Source of the DNA: an uncultured Chloroflexia bacterium | GTDB lineage: Bacteria > Chloroflexota > Limnocylindria > QHBO01 | Length of the DNA stretch: 64,000 nucleotides | Reading direction: 5' to 3' | Assembly: GCA_963827475.1 (NCBI GenBank) | Contig: CAWHAZ010000005.1 | Coordinates: 768,001-832,000, forward strand | Part shown: positions 55,071 through 64,000 of the stretch, in pieces | How positions within the stretch are numbered: the stretch's first letter is position 1 | Layout of the letters: the number at the start of each line of letters is the position of its first letter | Notes under the pieces: generated by a model | The model's input: the letters and a program-made list of their open reading frames with translations, nothing else | What the model was told of the DNA's origin: nothing | Database searches by the model: none | Translations under genes and position numbers: made by a program

Positions 55071-56795
55071 ATGCGGTTCCTCCCGGGCCTGGCCCTCGTC
55101 CGCCGATACCAGCCCGCGTGGCTCCGCCACGACCTCGTTGCCGGGGTGGTCCTCACCGCCTTGCTCGTCCCGCAGGGGATGGCCTACGCCGAGCTGGCCG
55201 GGCTGCCGCCGGTGACCGGCATCTACGCCACGATGATCCCGCTCCTGGCCTACGCCCTGTTCGGACCATCCCGGATCCTGGTGATGGGTCCGGACTCCGC
55301 CGTCGTGCCGCTGGTCGCCGCCACGGTGATTCCCATTGCCGGCTCGGCGCCCGAGGATCGCGTGGCCGTCGCCGCTACCCTGGCCGTGGCCGTCGGCGTC
55401 CTGTGCGTGATCGGTGGCATTGCCCGGCTCGGCTTCGTGACCGAGCTGCTTTCCAAGCCGGTCCGCGTCGGGTTCCTCGCCGGCATCGCGCTCGTCGTCA
55501 TCGTCGACCAGACGGCCAAGGTCCTCGGGATCGACGTCGAGGCGGAGGGTCTGTTCCTGAGCCTGACCGAGCTCATCCGGTCGTTGGGGGAGACCCAGGT
55601 CGTCACCGCTGCCATCGGCCTGGGCACCATCGCGGTGCTCATCGTCCTGCGCGCGTTCCTCCCGCGCGCGCCCGGCCCGCTGATCGCGGTGGTCGGAGGC
55701 ATCGTGCTCGTCGTCCTGCTCGGCCTCGAGGGCCAGGTGGAGACGGTGGGGGAGGTGCCCGCCGGTCTACCAGTGCCCGCGCTGCCGTCGTTCGATCCGG
55801 GGCAGCTGCCGTCGATCATGATCGGCGCACTGGCCATCGCCCTGGTCGCCTTCGCCGACACCTCGGTCTTGTCCCGGGCGTATGCCGCGCGGCTCGGCGA
55901 TCGGGTCAGCCCCGACCAGGAGCTCTTCGCCCTCGGCGCCGCCAACGTGGCGGCCGGCTTCTTTCAGGGCTTCCCGATCTCGAGCAGCTCCACGCGGACA
56001 CCGGCGGCCGAGTCGGCCGGGGCGAAGAGCCAGCTCACCGGGGTCGTGGCCGCGGGGGCCATCGGTCTCGTCCTCCTGTTCGCCACCGGAATCCTCGCGC
56101 CATTGCCGGACGCCACCCTGGCCGCCATCGTCATCGTCGCGGTCAGCGGGCTCATCGACCTCGACACCCTTCGCCGCCTTGCCCGCCTCAACCGTCCCGA
56201 CTTCGGGTTGGCGGTCGCCGCGCTGCTCGGCGTCGCGCTCATCGGCGTAATTCCGGGGATCGGCATCGCCATCGGTCTGTCGGTCATGACCCTGTTGTGG
56301 CGCGCGTGGCATCCCCACACCGCCGTCCTCGGCCGGGTCGACGGGCTGAAGGGCTACCACGACCAGGAGCGACATCCCGAGGGGCGGCAGATCCCCGGAC
56401 TCGTCCTGCTCCGCTTCGACGCCCCACTGTTCTTCGCCAATGGCGACGTGTTCCGGGAGACCGTCCTCGACGCGGTGGATGCGGCCGAGGCCCCAGTGCG
56501 CCGCGTGGTCGTCGCCTCGGAACCGATCACCGACGTCGACACCACCGCCGCCGACGTGCTGGTCGAGCTGCTCGATGCGCTCGACCGCCGGGAGATCGGC
56601 CTGGCCTTCGCGGAGCTCAAGGACCCGGTAAAGGACAAGGTCAAGCGCTACGGGCTGACCGATCGCCTCGCGCAGCCGCCGTTCCCGCCCACGGTCGGCG
56701 AAGCGGTGCACGAATACCTCGAGGCGTTCGACGTGCCATGGACCGACTGGGAGGACGCCGAGACCCACGAAGCGGGGCAGGAACCGGCTCGTTGA
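55071..56795 (+). CDS. SulP family anion transporter with STAS domain
   Basis: DLVAG, PQGMAYAELAG, GP motif, QELFALG.AN, RFDAPLFFAN. Confidence 0.95.
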   Translation: MRFLPGLALVRRYQPAWLRHDLVAGVVLTALLVPQGMAYAELAGLPPVTGIYATMIPLLAYALFGPSRILVMGPDSAVVPLVAATVIPIAGSAPEDRVAVAATLAVAVGVLCVIGGIARLGFVTELLSKPVRVGFLAGIALVVIVDQTAKVLGIDVEAEGLFLSLTELIRSLGETQVVTAAIGLGTIAVLIVLRAFLPRAPGPLIAVVGGIVLVVLLGLEGQVETVGEVPAGLPVPALPSFDPGQLPSIMIGALAIALVAFADTSVLSRAYAARLGDRVSPDQELFALGAANVAAGFFQGFPISSSSTRTPAAESAGAKSQLTGVVAAGAIGLVLLFATGILAPLPDATLAAIVIVAVSGLIDLDTLRRLARLNRPDFGLAVAALLGVALIGVIPGIGIAIGLSVMTLLWRAWHPHTAVLGRVDGLKGYHDQERHPEGRQIPGLVLLRFDAPLFFANGDVFRETVLDAVDAAEAPVRRVVVASEPITDVDTTAADVLVELLDALDRREIGLAFAELKDPVKDKVKRYGLTDRLAQPPFPPTVGEAVHEYLEAFDVPWTDWEDAETHEAGQEPAR

Positions 56796-56821
56796 CCCTC
56801 GTTTTCGAGGCGGTGTATAGT
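56792..56821 (+). promoter_or_regulatory. Promoter of infC-rpmI-rplT
   Basis: TTGACC-18 nt-TATAGT, followed by a long leader hairpin at about 56843-56876. Confidence 0.65.
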
Positions 56822-56898
56822 CGGCCGGCAATCGCGCAGATGTGGGCCACGCGTCCGTCAGCGGACCGTGGCTCATGTGTTGAAGGGAGCACAGGCCG

Positions 56899-57549
56899 AT
56901 AACCAGGGAACTCCGCGTCAACGACATGATCCGTATCCGCGAGGTGCGGGTGATCGACGACGAGGGCCAGCAGCTCGGTGTCATGCAGACCGCAGACGCC
57001 CTCGCGCTGGCGCAGGAGAAGGGCCTCGACCTGGTCGAGGTGGCGCCAACGGCGGTTCCCCCGGTCTGCAAGATCCTGGACTACGGTCAGTACAAGTACG
57101 AGATCCAGAAGCGCGAGCGCGAAACGAAGAAAAAGCAGAAGTCGCAGACGTTCAAAGAGATCCGGTTCCGGGTCAAGATCGACACCCATGACCTCCAGAC
57201 CAAGACCCGCCGCGCGTCGCAGTTTCTCGACGAAGGCGATCGGGTCAAGGTCACGGTCCAGTTCCGGGGCCGGGAGCTCAACCATCCGCAGCTCGGGCGC
57301 AACCTGCTCGATCGGGCCGCCGAGATGATCGGCGACCACGGAGTCATCGAGCGCCCGCCGCTGATGGAGGGTCGGAGCCTGTTCATCGTCATGGGTCCAC
57401 CGACCGCCAAGGCCGATCGTCGTGACGAGGACGCCGCATCGACCGACGGCGCGAGCGTCGACGCGGCAGAGACGATCGGCGAGGCGCTGCAGGCCAAGGG
57501 CCAGGTCCCCGAGGTGGGGGACGAGCCGCCGGCCGCCGCGCCGGCATAG
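56899..57549 (+). CDS. infC: Translation initiation factor IF-3 (probable ATA start)
   Basis: ITRELRVNDMIRIREVRVI, DLVEVAP, PVCKI.DYG, GDRVKV..FRGRE; GGGAG RBS 9 nt before ATA. Confidence 0.96.
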   Translation: MTRELRVNDMIRIREVRVIDDEGQQLGVMQTADALALAQEKGLDLVEVAPTAVPPVCKILDYGQYKYEIQKRERETKKKQKSQTFKEIRFRVKIDTHDLQTKTRRASQFLDEGDRVKVTVQFRGRELNHPQLGRNLLDRAAEMIGDHGVIERPPLMEGRSLFIVMGPPTAKADRRDEDAASTDGASVDAAETIGEALQAKGQVPEVGDEPPAAAPA

Positions 57550-57582
57550 CACACGAAGTCATCCGGGAACTGAAGGGTAATC

Positions 57583-57780
57583 GTGCCGAAGATCAAGACC
57601 CACAAGGGCACCGCCAAGCGATATCGCAAGTCCGGCTCGGGCAAGTGGCTCCGGCCGAAGGCCTGGCGTGGCCATCATCTCGAGATCAAGTCCAGCCGCC
57701 GCAAGCGCCGCTACGCGGGCAAGGCCGAGGTCAGCTCGACCCACGCCAAGGCCCTCAAGCGGCTCATGCCCTACGCGTAG
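57583..57780 (+). CDS. rpmI: 50S ribosomal protein L35
   Basis: MPKIKTHKGTAKRY. Confidence 0.96.
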   Translation: MPKIKTHKGTAKRYRKSGSGKWLRPKAWRGHHLEIKSSRRKRRYAGKAEVSSTHAKALKRLMPYA

Positions 57781-57787
57781 GTAACCG

Positions 57788-58147
57788 ATGGCACGTGTGA
57801 AGCGCGGCGTCCCCGCCCATCGTCGACACAAGCGCCTGCTGAAGCAGGCCGAGGGTCGACGGATGACTCGCTCGAAGCTCGTCCGCCCGGCGCGCGAGGC
57901 GCTGTTCCACGCCCTCCGCTATGCGTACCGCGACCGGCGCGACCGGAAGCGAGACATGCGCCGGCTGTGGATCCAGCGGATCAACGCCGCGTCCCGGTCC
58001 CACGGCATGCCGTATGGCCGGTTCATGGCCGGACTGAAGGCCGCCGGGATCGAGGTCAATCGGAAGCAGCTCGCCGACCTGGCGGTGCGCGAGCCGGTCG
58101 CCTTCGGCCGCCTCGTCGAGATGGCGCAGGCCTCCTTTACCAGCTGA
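57788..58147 (+). CDS. rplT: 50S ribosomal protein L20
   Basis: MARVKRG, YAYRDRR..KR..R.LWI.RINAA, NRK.LADLA. Confidence 0.97.
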   Translation: MARVKRGVPAHRRHKRLLKQAEGRRMTRSKLVRPAREALFHALRYAYRDRRDRKRDMRRLWIQRINAASRSHGMPYGRFMAGLKAAGIEVNRKQLADLAVREPVAFGRLVEMAQASFTS

Positions 58148-58171
58148 CCGACGCGTTTCGCGTCGGTCTCC

Positions 58172-58209
58172 CGGCCCTGCTCCGGTTCACGGAGCGGGGT
58201 CGTTTGTTT
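58172..58209 (+). terminator. Intrinsic terminator after rplT
   Basis: CGGCCCTGCTCCG-GTTCA-CGGAGCGGGGTCG-TTTGTTT; preceded by a second hairpin at 58146-58168. Confidence 0.8.
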
Positions 58210-58250
58210 CACTCACAATGACGACCGAACCGATGGAGATCGCCTGACCG

Positions 58251-59351
58251 ATGAGCACCCCGAGCGACCTGGCGACCCTGCTGGCCGAGGTGGCACGGGT
58301 CCAGGCCGAGGCCGAAGCGCAGCTGGCGGCTGCCGGTGACGCGGCCACGGTGGAGGGGCTCAGCCACGCGGTCCTCGGTCGCTCCGGCTCGCTGACCGCC
58401 CTGCTCCGCGGCCTGCGGGACCTGCCCGAGGCGGATCGTCCGGCAGCCGGGGCGGCCGCCAACGAGGCGCGGGTGGCCCTCGACGAAGCCTTCGCGGCGC
58501 GCCTGGCGCAACTGGGCGCCGGCGAGCTCGACGCACGACTGGCCGCCGAGCGGCTGGACATGACCGCGCCCGGCCGCCGGCCTCCGCTCGGCCATCTCCA
58601 CCCGCTCATGACGGTGGAGCGCGACCTGCGCGAGATCTTCCACGGCTTCGGCTTCGAGGTGTTCGAGGGACCCGAGATCGAGACCGACCTCATGAACTTC
58701 GAGCTGCTGAACATTCCGCCGGACCATCCGTCCCGCGACCTGTGGGACACGCTCTACGTCGCCGAGCCCGGGTCGGTGGAAGCCGGACAGCCACGCCCCG
58801 CGCAGGACGGCACGATCCTGCGGACCCACACCTCCCCGGTCCAGATCCGCGCCATGCGCGAGCTCACGCCGCCGATCCGCGTCCTCACGCCGGGGCGCTG
58901 CTACCGGTACGAAGCGGTGGATGCCGCGCACGGGTTCGAGTTCTTCCAGGTCGAGGGGCTGGTCGTGGATCGCGACACGAGTCTCGCCGACCTGAAGGGG
59001 ATGCTCGAGGAGTTCGCCCGCGCGATGTTCGGCGAGGGGACGCGGACGCGGTTTCGGCCCGGCTACTACCCGTTCACCGAGCCCAGCGCCGCGTTCGACA
59101 TCGCCTGCCTGGTGTGCGGAGGTCCCGGCTGCCCGGCCTGCGGACGGAGCGGGTGGATGACCATCCTGGGCGCGGGCATGGTCCATCCGGTCGTCCTCCG
59201 CAACGTCGACCTGGATCCCGACGAGTTCCAGGGCTATGCCTTCGGCATGGGGCTGGACCGGATGACGTTGCTGCGCCACGCCATCCCTGACCTGCGGCTG
59301 TTGATGAGCGCCGACCTGCGGTTCCTCACCCAGTTCAGCGGGGGGCGCTGA
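58251..59351 (+). CDS. pheS: Phenylalanine--tRNA ligase alpha subunit
   Basis: HPL, NF..LNIP.DHP.R, LRTHTSPVQ, FFQVEG, YPFTEPS, GAGMVHP, AFGMGLDR. Confidence 0.97.
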   Translation: MSTPSDLATLLAEVARVQAEAEAQLAAAGDAATVEGLSHAVLGRSGSLTALLRGLRDLPEADRPAAGAAANEARVALDEAFAARLAQLGAGELDARLAAERLDMTAPGRRPPLGHLHPLMTVERDLREIFHGFGFEVFEGPEIETDLMNFELLNIPPDHPSRDLWDTLYVAEPGSVEAGQPRPAQDGTILRTHTSPVQIRAMRELTPPIRVLTPGRCYRYEAVDAAHGFEFFQVEGLVVDRDTSLADLKGMLEEFARAMFGEGTRTRFRPGYYPFTEPSAAFDIACLVCGGPGCPACGRSGWMTILGAGMVHPVVLRNVDLDPDEFQGYAFGMGLDRMTLLRHAIPDLRLLMSADLRFLTQFSGGR

Positions 59352-59354
59352 CCG

Positions 59355-61796
59355 ATGCGTGTCCCGCTCTCGTGGCTCGCCGAGTACGTCGACATCGACC
59401 TGTCCCCGGCGGAACTCGCCGAGCGACTGACCCTGCTCGGGTTCGAGGTCAAGGCCGTCGAGCAGGCCGGCGGGGAGTGGTCCGGCGTGGTCGTCGGCCG
59501 GGTGCTGGCCGTCGACCGCCACCCGAACGCCGACACCCTGTGGCTGACCCGGGTCGACGTCGCGCAGGGGGATCCGCTCGAGATCGTGTGCGGCGCCCAG
59601 AACGTGGCCGCCGGCCAGCTCGTGCCCGTCGCGGTGCCCGGCGCGGTCCTGCCCGGCGGGCGGAAGATCGAGCGGACGAAGATCCGCGGATCGGTGTCGA
59701 ACGGGATGCTGTGCAGCCCGATCGAGCTCGGCCTGGGCGAGGACGCCGACGGGATCCTGATCCTGGGCACGGATGACGAGCATGCCGTGGGTGCCGACCT
59801 GGCGGACGTGCTGGGGGAGACGGTGCTCGACGTCGACGTCAAGCCGAACCGCGGCGACGCGCTGTCCATGGTCGGGATCGCGCGCGAGGTCGCGGCCGTC
59901 ACCGGCGGGACCGTCCGCCTGCCGGAAGCTTCCGTCAACGAGTCCGGGCCGGCTGCCGCGGACGCGGTCAGCGTCGAGATCGTCGATCCCGACCTCTGCC
60001 CGCGGTTCACCGCCCGCCTGCTCGAGGACGTGGGTGCCGCCACCACGCCGGACTGGATGGCCCGTCGCCTGCTGGCGGCCGGCATGCGGCCCATCTCCCC
60101 GGTCGTGGACGTCACGAACTACGTCATGCACGAGCTCGGCCAGCCGATGCATGCCTACGACGCGGACCGCGTGCCGGATGGGCGGATCATCGTCCGTCCC
60201 GCGCGCGCCGGGGAGACGCTGCTCACCCTCGACCACGTGGAGCGCGCGCTGGACGAGCGGATGCTGGTCATCGCCGACCGCGAGCGCCCGATCGGCCTGG
60301 CCGGGATCATGGGCGGCGCCGACACCGAGGTGACCGATGGCACCCGGCGCGTGATCCTCGAGTCCGCGATCTTCCGCGGCCCGACCGTGCGCGGCACGGC
60401 ACGACGCCTCGGCCTCCGGTCGGAGGCCTCGATGCGCCACGAGAAGGGAATCTCGATGGACCTGCCGCGCCGGGCGGCGGATCGCGCTGCGGCACTTATC
60501 GCCGAAATCACCGGAGCCCGGGTCGCGAGCGGCATCGTCGACAACGACCCGGGCCCGCACGCTCCGCGCGTTGTCGAGCTCGACACCGCGCGCGCCGAGC
60601 GGCTGCTGGGCTTCCCGGTCGACGTCACGTCCGCCACCGCGTTGCTCACCCGGCTCGGCTTCGAGGTCGCCGACCGCGGCGAGGGGCGGGTGGCGGTCAC
60701 CGTCCCGCTTCACCGCCAGGACGTGGTCCTCCCCGCCGATGTCGCCGAGGAGCTGGCGCGGGCCCACGGCTACGACCGGGTGCCCAGTCGCCTCCCGTCT
60801 CCCGACCTGCCGCCGAGCCGCTCCGACCCCGGCGCACGCCGGCACGAGCTGCGGCGGGCGCTCGCCGGCCTGGGCCTGACCGAGGTCGTGACCCACGCCC
60901 TGATCGGCCCGTCGGACCTCGCCCGGAGCGGGTTCGACGCCGGCGGACCGCACCTCGTCCGGGTCGCCAACCCACTGTCGGAGGAGCACGCCATCCTGCG
61001 TCCGGTGCCGTACCCATCGGTCCTCGCCGCGCTGGCCGAGAACGTGCGCCAGCGGCAGTTGGACGTCGCGATCTTCGAGGTGGGAAAGACGTACCGATAT
61101 CGGCCCACCGGCACGCCCGGTGAGCTGGCCCAGGCGGATGGAGCCTACCGGGAGACGTGGAACGTGGGGATCGGGTTGCTGGGACATGCGGGCGCCGCAC
61201 GCCCGGGCGAGCCGCCGCGGCCCTGGGACGTGGCCGACCTCAAGGGCATCGTCGATGCGGCCCACGAGGCGATGGGCCTGCCCGCTCCCGGCTACCGCGC
61301 AGAGACGACAGAGGAGCGGCACGCGCACCTGCATCCTGGCCGCGCGGCCCGGATCATCGACGGCTCGGGGCGGTCCTACGGGTCACTCGGGGAGGCGCAT
61401 CCCGCCGTCGCGGAGGCCTGGGGCCTGCCCGGTCGGCCGCTGGTGGCCGCCATCCACCTCGAGCCGGGCGGGATGTTCGACCTCACGCCACGAGGCGATC
61501 GTGCGGTGCCGGTCCCGGCGGCGCAGCCCATCGATCGAGACCTGGCGGTGGTGGTGGACGCCGACACCGCGGTCGGCGAACTGCTCGGTCTCGTCCACCA
61601 GAACGGCGGCCCGTTGCTGGTGGCCGTGAACGTGTTCGACGAGTACCGCGGCGCACAGGTCGGGGAGGGTCGCGTCTCGTACGGGCTGGGACTGCGATTC
61701 CAGCCTGGCTCCGCCGCCGACGAGAAATCGGTGACCCGTGCGATGGACAAGATCGGAGGCGCCCTGCGCCACCATCTGGGGGCAGAGATTCGCTGA
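59355..61796 (+). CDS. pheT: Phenylalanine--tRNA ligase beta subunit
   Basis: MRVPLSWL, HPNAD.L, IVCGA.N, PNRGD, VDVTNYVM.E.GQP.H, NPLS. Confidence 0.97.
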   Translation: MRVPLSWLAEYVDIDLSPAELAERLTLLGFEVKAVEQAGGEWSGVVVGRVLAVDRHPNADTLWLTRVDVAQGDPLEIVCGAQNVAAGQLVPVAVPGAVLPGGRKIERTKIRGSVSNGMLCSPIELGLGEDADGILILGTDDEHAVGADLADVLGETVLDVDVKPNRGDALSMVGIAREVAAVTGGTVRLPEASVNESGPAAADAVSVEIVDPDLCPRFTARLLEDVGAATTPDWMARRLLAAGMRPISPVVDVTNYVMHELGQPMHAYDADRVPDGRIIVRPARAGETLLTLDHVERALDERMLVIADRERPIGLAGIMGGADTEVTDGTRRVILESAIFRGPTVRGTARRLGLRSEASMRHEKGISMDLPRRAADRAAALIAEITGARVASGIVDNDPGPHAPRVVELDTARAERLLGFPVDVTSATALLTRLGFEVADRGEGRVAVTVPLHRQDVVLPADVAEELARAHGYDRVPSRLPSPDLPPSRSDPGARRHELRRALAGLGLTEVVTHALIGPSDLARSGFDAGGPHLVRVANPLSEEHAILRPVPYPSVLAALAENVRQRQLDVAIFEVGKTYRYRPTGTPGELAQADGAYRETWNVGIGLLGHAGAARPGEPPRPWDVADLKGIVDAAHEAMGLPAPGYRAETTEERHAHLHPGRAARIIDGSGRSYGSLGEAHPAVAEAWGLPGRPLVAAIHLEPGGMFDLTPRGDRAVPVPAAQPIDRDLAVVVDADTAVGELLGLVHQNGGPLLVAVNVFDEYRGAQVGEGRVSYGLGLRFQPGSAADEKSVTRAMDKIGGALRHHLGAEIR

Positions 61797-61840
61797 ACGT
61801 CCCATAGCCACACTGGACAGCGCTGGTACCCTTCCCGGCC

Positions 61841-62404
61841 GTGGAACTCATCTCCCAGTTCACGATCGCGGACCTGGCCATCCTGGTCTCGCTCGCGGGC
61901 GGTGTCCTCGTCGGCTTCCAGCAGGGCCTCCTGCGCTACATCCTCAACTGCGTCGCGGTGCTGGTCGCGTTCATCGTGGCCAGCCTGCTGCGGGACCCCA
62001 TCGCCGACGCGCTCGGCTCGGTCTGGACCATGGGCACGCCGGACCAGCAGGCGCTGTGGATCTACCTCGTCCTGCTCGCCGCAGGCATCATCGGTGGGTT
62101 CATCGTGGTGCGAATGTTCTACCGCCAGACCCGGCTGCCGATCATCCGCCAGCTCGACGAGGTCGGAGGGGCGCTCGTCGGCGTGCTGTGGGTGGCCCTG
62201 ATCTACACCCTCAGCTGGGTCGCCCTCGACACGTTCTTCCTGTCAACCGACGACCCGTCGGTGGCCACCATGCTGGGGCCGATCTACGACATCATGAACG
62301 AGTCGTTCATCCTCAGCTGGTTCCGCGAGTGGCTGCTCCCGATCGTGGGCTTCGTGCTCAGACCGTTCGTCCCCGACGACATCGCGCCGTTCCTGACGTC
62401 CTGA
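61841..62404 (+). CDS. cvpA: CvpA (colicin V production) family membrane protein
   Basis: GF.QGL, four TMs, LD.VGGALVG; lies upstream of mutS2, a common context. Confidence 0.8.
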   Translation: MELISQFTIADLAILVSLAGGVLVGFQQGLLRYILNCVAVLVAFIVASLLRDPIADALGSVWTMGTPDQQALWIYLVLLAAGIIGGFIVVRMFYRQTRLPIIRQLDEVGGALVGVLWVALIYTLSWVALDTFFLSTDDPSVATMLGPIYDIMNESFILSWFREWLLPIVGFVLRPFVPDDIAPFLTS

Positions 62405-62988
62405 CCGCGCCGGCCGATCGTCGCTGGTTCGATCGCCCCGCGCTCGAGGTCGCGCGCGCCCTGCTGGGCACCGTGGTGGTCCACGACTCCCCGGACGGTC
62501 GCGTGGCGGTCCGCCTGGTCGAGACCGAGGCCTACCTCGGCCCGGAGGACCTGGCCGCGCACTCTGCCCGCGGCCGAACGGCCCGCAACGAGCCGATGTG
62601 GGGCCCACCGGGCCACCTGTACGTGTATCGGATCTATGGAATCCACGACTGCGTAAACGTGGTCTGCGGTCCGGGCAACAAGCCCGAGGCGGTCCTCCTC
62701 CGAGCCGGGGAGGTCGTCGAGGGCGAGGCTGTCGCCCGAGCTCGTCGCGGTCCGCGGGCCGATCGCCGTCGGCTGGCCTCGGGGCCGGGCAACCTGGGCC
62801 GTGCCCTTGGCATCGATCGCGGGTTGAGCGGGACCGATCTGCTCGCCGGCCCGGTCCATCTCCGAGCGGGATCCTCGCCGCACCTCGTCACGACCCGGCC
62901 GAGGGTGGGCGTCGACTACGCAGGCCCATGGGCGGCCCGCCCCTATCGGTTCCTCGTCACCGATGACCCGCACGTCTCGCGCCGCTGA
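62401..62988 (+). CDS. mpg: DNA-3-methyladenine glycosylase (AAG/MPG family)
   Basis: VARALLG, VETEAY, YVYRIYGIH.C.NVV, AVLLRA, GPGNL..ALG, PRVGV; CTG start in a CTGA overlap. Confidence 0.93.
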   Translation: MTAPADRRWFDRPALEVARALLGTVVVHDSPDGRVAVRLVETEAYLGPEDLAAHSARGRTARNEPMWGPPGHLYVYRIYGIHDCVNVVCGPGNKPEAVLLRAGEVVEGEAVARARRGPRADRRRLASGPGNLGRALGIDRGLSGTDLLAGPVHLRAGSSPHLVTTRPRVGVDYAGPWAARPYRFLVTDDPHVSRR

Positions 62989-64000
62989 TCCCGATCCCTC
63001 CAGCCTCCGCGTGCTGGAGTTCGGGGCGATCACCGAGCGGCTGGCGGCACGCACCGCCTTCGCGCCGTCGCGCGAGCTGGCCGAGGCGGCCCTGCCGGTC
63101 GGCGATCCGGTTCACGTCGGGCTGCTCCAGGACCAGACCGACGAGGCGGTCCGCCTGCTCGAGATGCACCCCGACGCCACCATCGGCGGCGCCCGCGACA
63201 TTCGCGCCCCGCTCAAGCGCGCCCGACGGGGCGGCCGCCTGGCGCCAGCCGAGCTGCTCGAGATCGCCGGCACCGCGCACGCGATCGAGCAATTCGGTCG
63301 GCGGCTGGCGCGATGGACGGGGTCCCAGCTGGGCTCGATCCGGGAGGAGCTCGAGCCCGTGCCCGACCTGCGGGAGCAGATCGAACGCAGCATCGACCCG
63401 ACCGGCGAGATCCTCGACGAGGCCTCGTCCGCGCTGAAGACGGCCCGCCGCCGAGGGCGGGTCGCCCAGGAGCGACTTCGCGAGCGGCTGAACACCATGC
63501 TCCGGTCGTCCGACCTGGCCGGCGCCATCGGTGACGCCATCGTCACCCAACGAAATGGGCGCTACGTGATCCCGATCCGGGCGGAGGCCAAGGGCCGGGT
63601 GCCGGGCATCGTCCATGACCAGAGCGCCTCGGCCGCCACCCTGTTCATCGAGCCGATGGCCGTGGTCGAGCTGAACAACACCTGGATCGAAGCCACGCTC
63701 GAGTCCGCGGCCGAGGAGGAGCGCATCCTCGAGTCCCTCTCGCGGGCGGTGGAGAGCCGGGCCGCGTCGCTGGCCACCTCGCTGGCGGCCCTCGCCCGCG
63801 CCGACCTGTGGATGGCCCGCGCCCATCTCGCGGCCGAGCTCGACGCGGTCCGCCCCGAGGTCAGCGACGACGCACTCGAGCTGCTGTCGGCCCGGCACCC
63901 GCTGCTCGGTGCCGACGCGGTGCCGATCGACCTGCGGCTCGGCGAGCGGTTCGGCTACCGCGCGCTGGTCATCACCGGTCCGAACACCGGCGGCAAGACA
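62963..64000 (+). CDS. mutS2: Endonuclease MutS2 (3' end outside the window)
   Basis: LRVLEF, RNGRYVIPI, GIVHDQSAS.ATLFIEP, ARHPLL, VPIDL, ITGPNTGGKT. Confidence 0.94.
   Translation, partial: MTRTSRAADPDPSSLRVLEFGAITERLAARTAFAPSRELAEAALPVGDPVHVGLLQDQTDEAVRLLEMHPDATIGGARDIRAPLKRARRGGRLAPAELLEIAGTAHAIEQFGRRLARWTGSQLGSIREELEPVPDLREQIERSIDPTGEILDEASSALKTARRRGRVAQERLRERLNTMLRSSDLAGAIGDAIVTQRNGRYVIPIRAEAKGRVPGIVHDQSASAATLFIEPMAVVELNNTWIEATLESAAEEERILESLSRAVESRAASLATSLAALARADLWMARAHLAAELDAVRPEVSDDALELLSARHPLLGADAVPIDLRLGERFGYRALVITGPNTGGKT

Overview
GC-rich bacterial chromosomal window. Gene content and style suggest Chloroflexota (e.g. Limnocylindria-like); this is an inference. It is densely coding, with about 65 CDS and 2 tRNAs (Arg-CCT, Val-GAC), and no integrase, transposase or CRISPR array was seen. 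Housekeeping genes include etfA, nrdR-dcd, typA, pdxH, ligD, paaABCD, thrS, infC-rpmI-rplT, pheST, cvpA-mpg-mutS2. Accessory parts include a copper/cytochrome c handling operon, an OppA-peptidase-DUF881-TldDE-MFS operon, a TM0106 nuclease-helicase and a class III cyclase. About ten genes in the first 34 kb carry frameshifts, probably consensus errors. The most notable locus is 30.9-32.7 kb. It holds an XRE-HTH + TPR (RRNPP-like) regulator, a divergent 12-aa peptide ORF (MSSATTGGGWPR) with its own RBS and terminator but no signal peptide, palindromic operator-like sites between the two, and a promoter/terminator-bounded ~100-nt structured RNA directly downstream. Together these form a candidate peptide-signalling module. 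Many genes also appear to be leaderless, with TANNNT or CACAAT 6-9 nt before the start codon.
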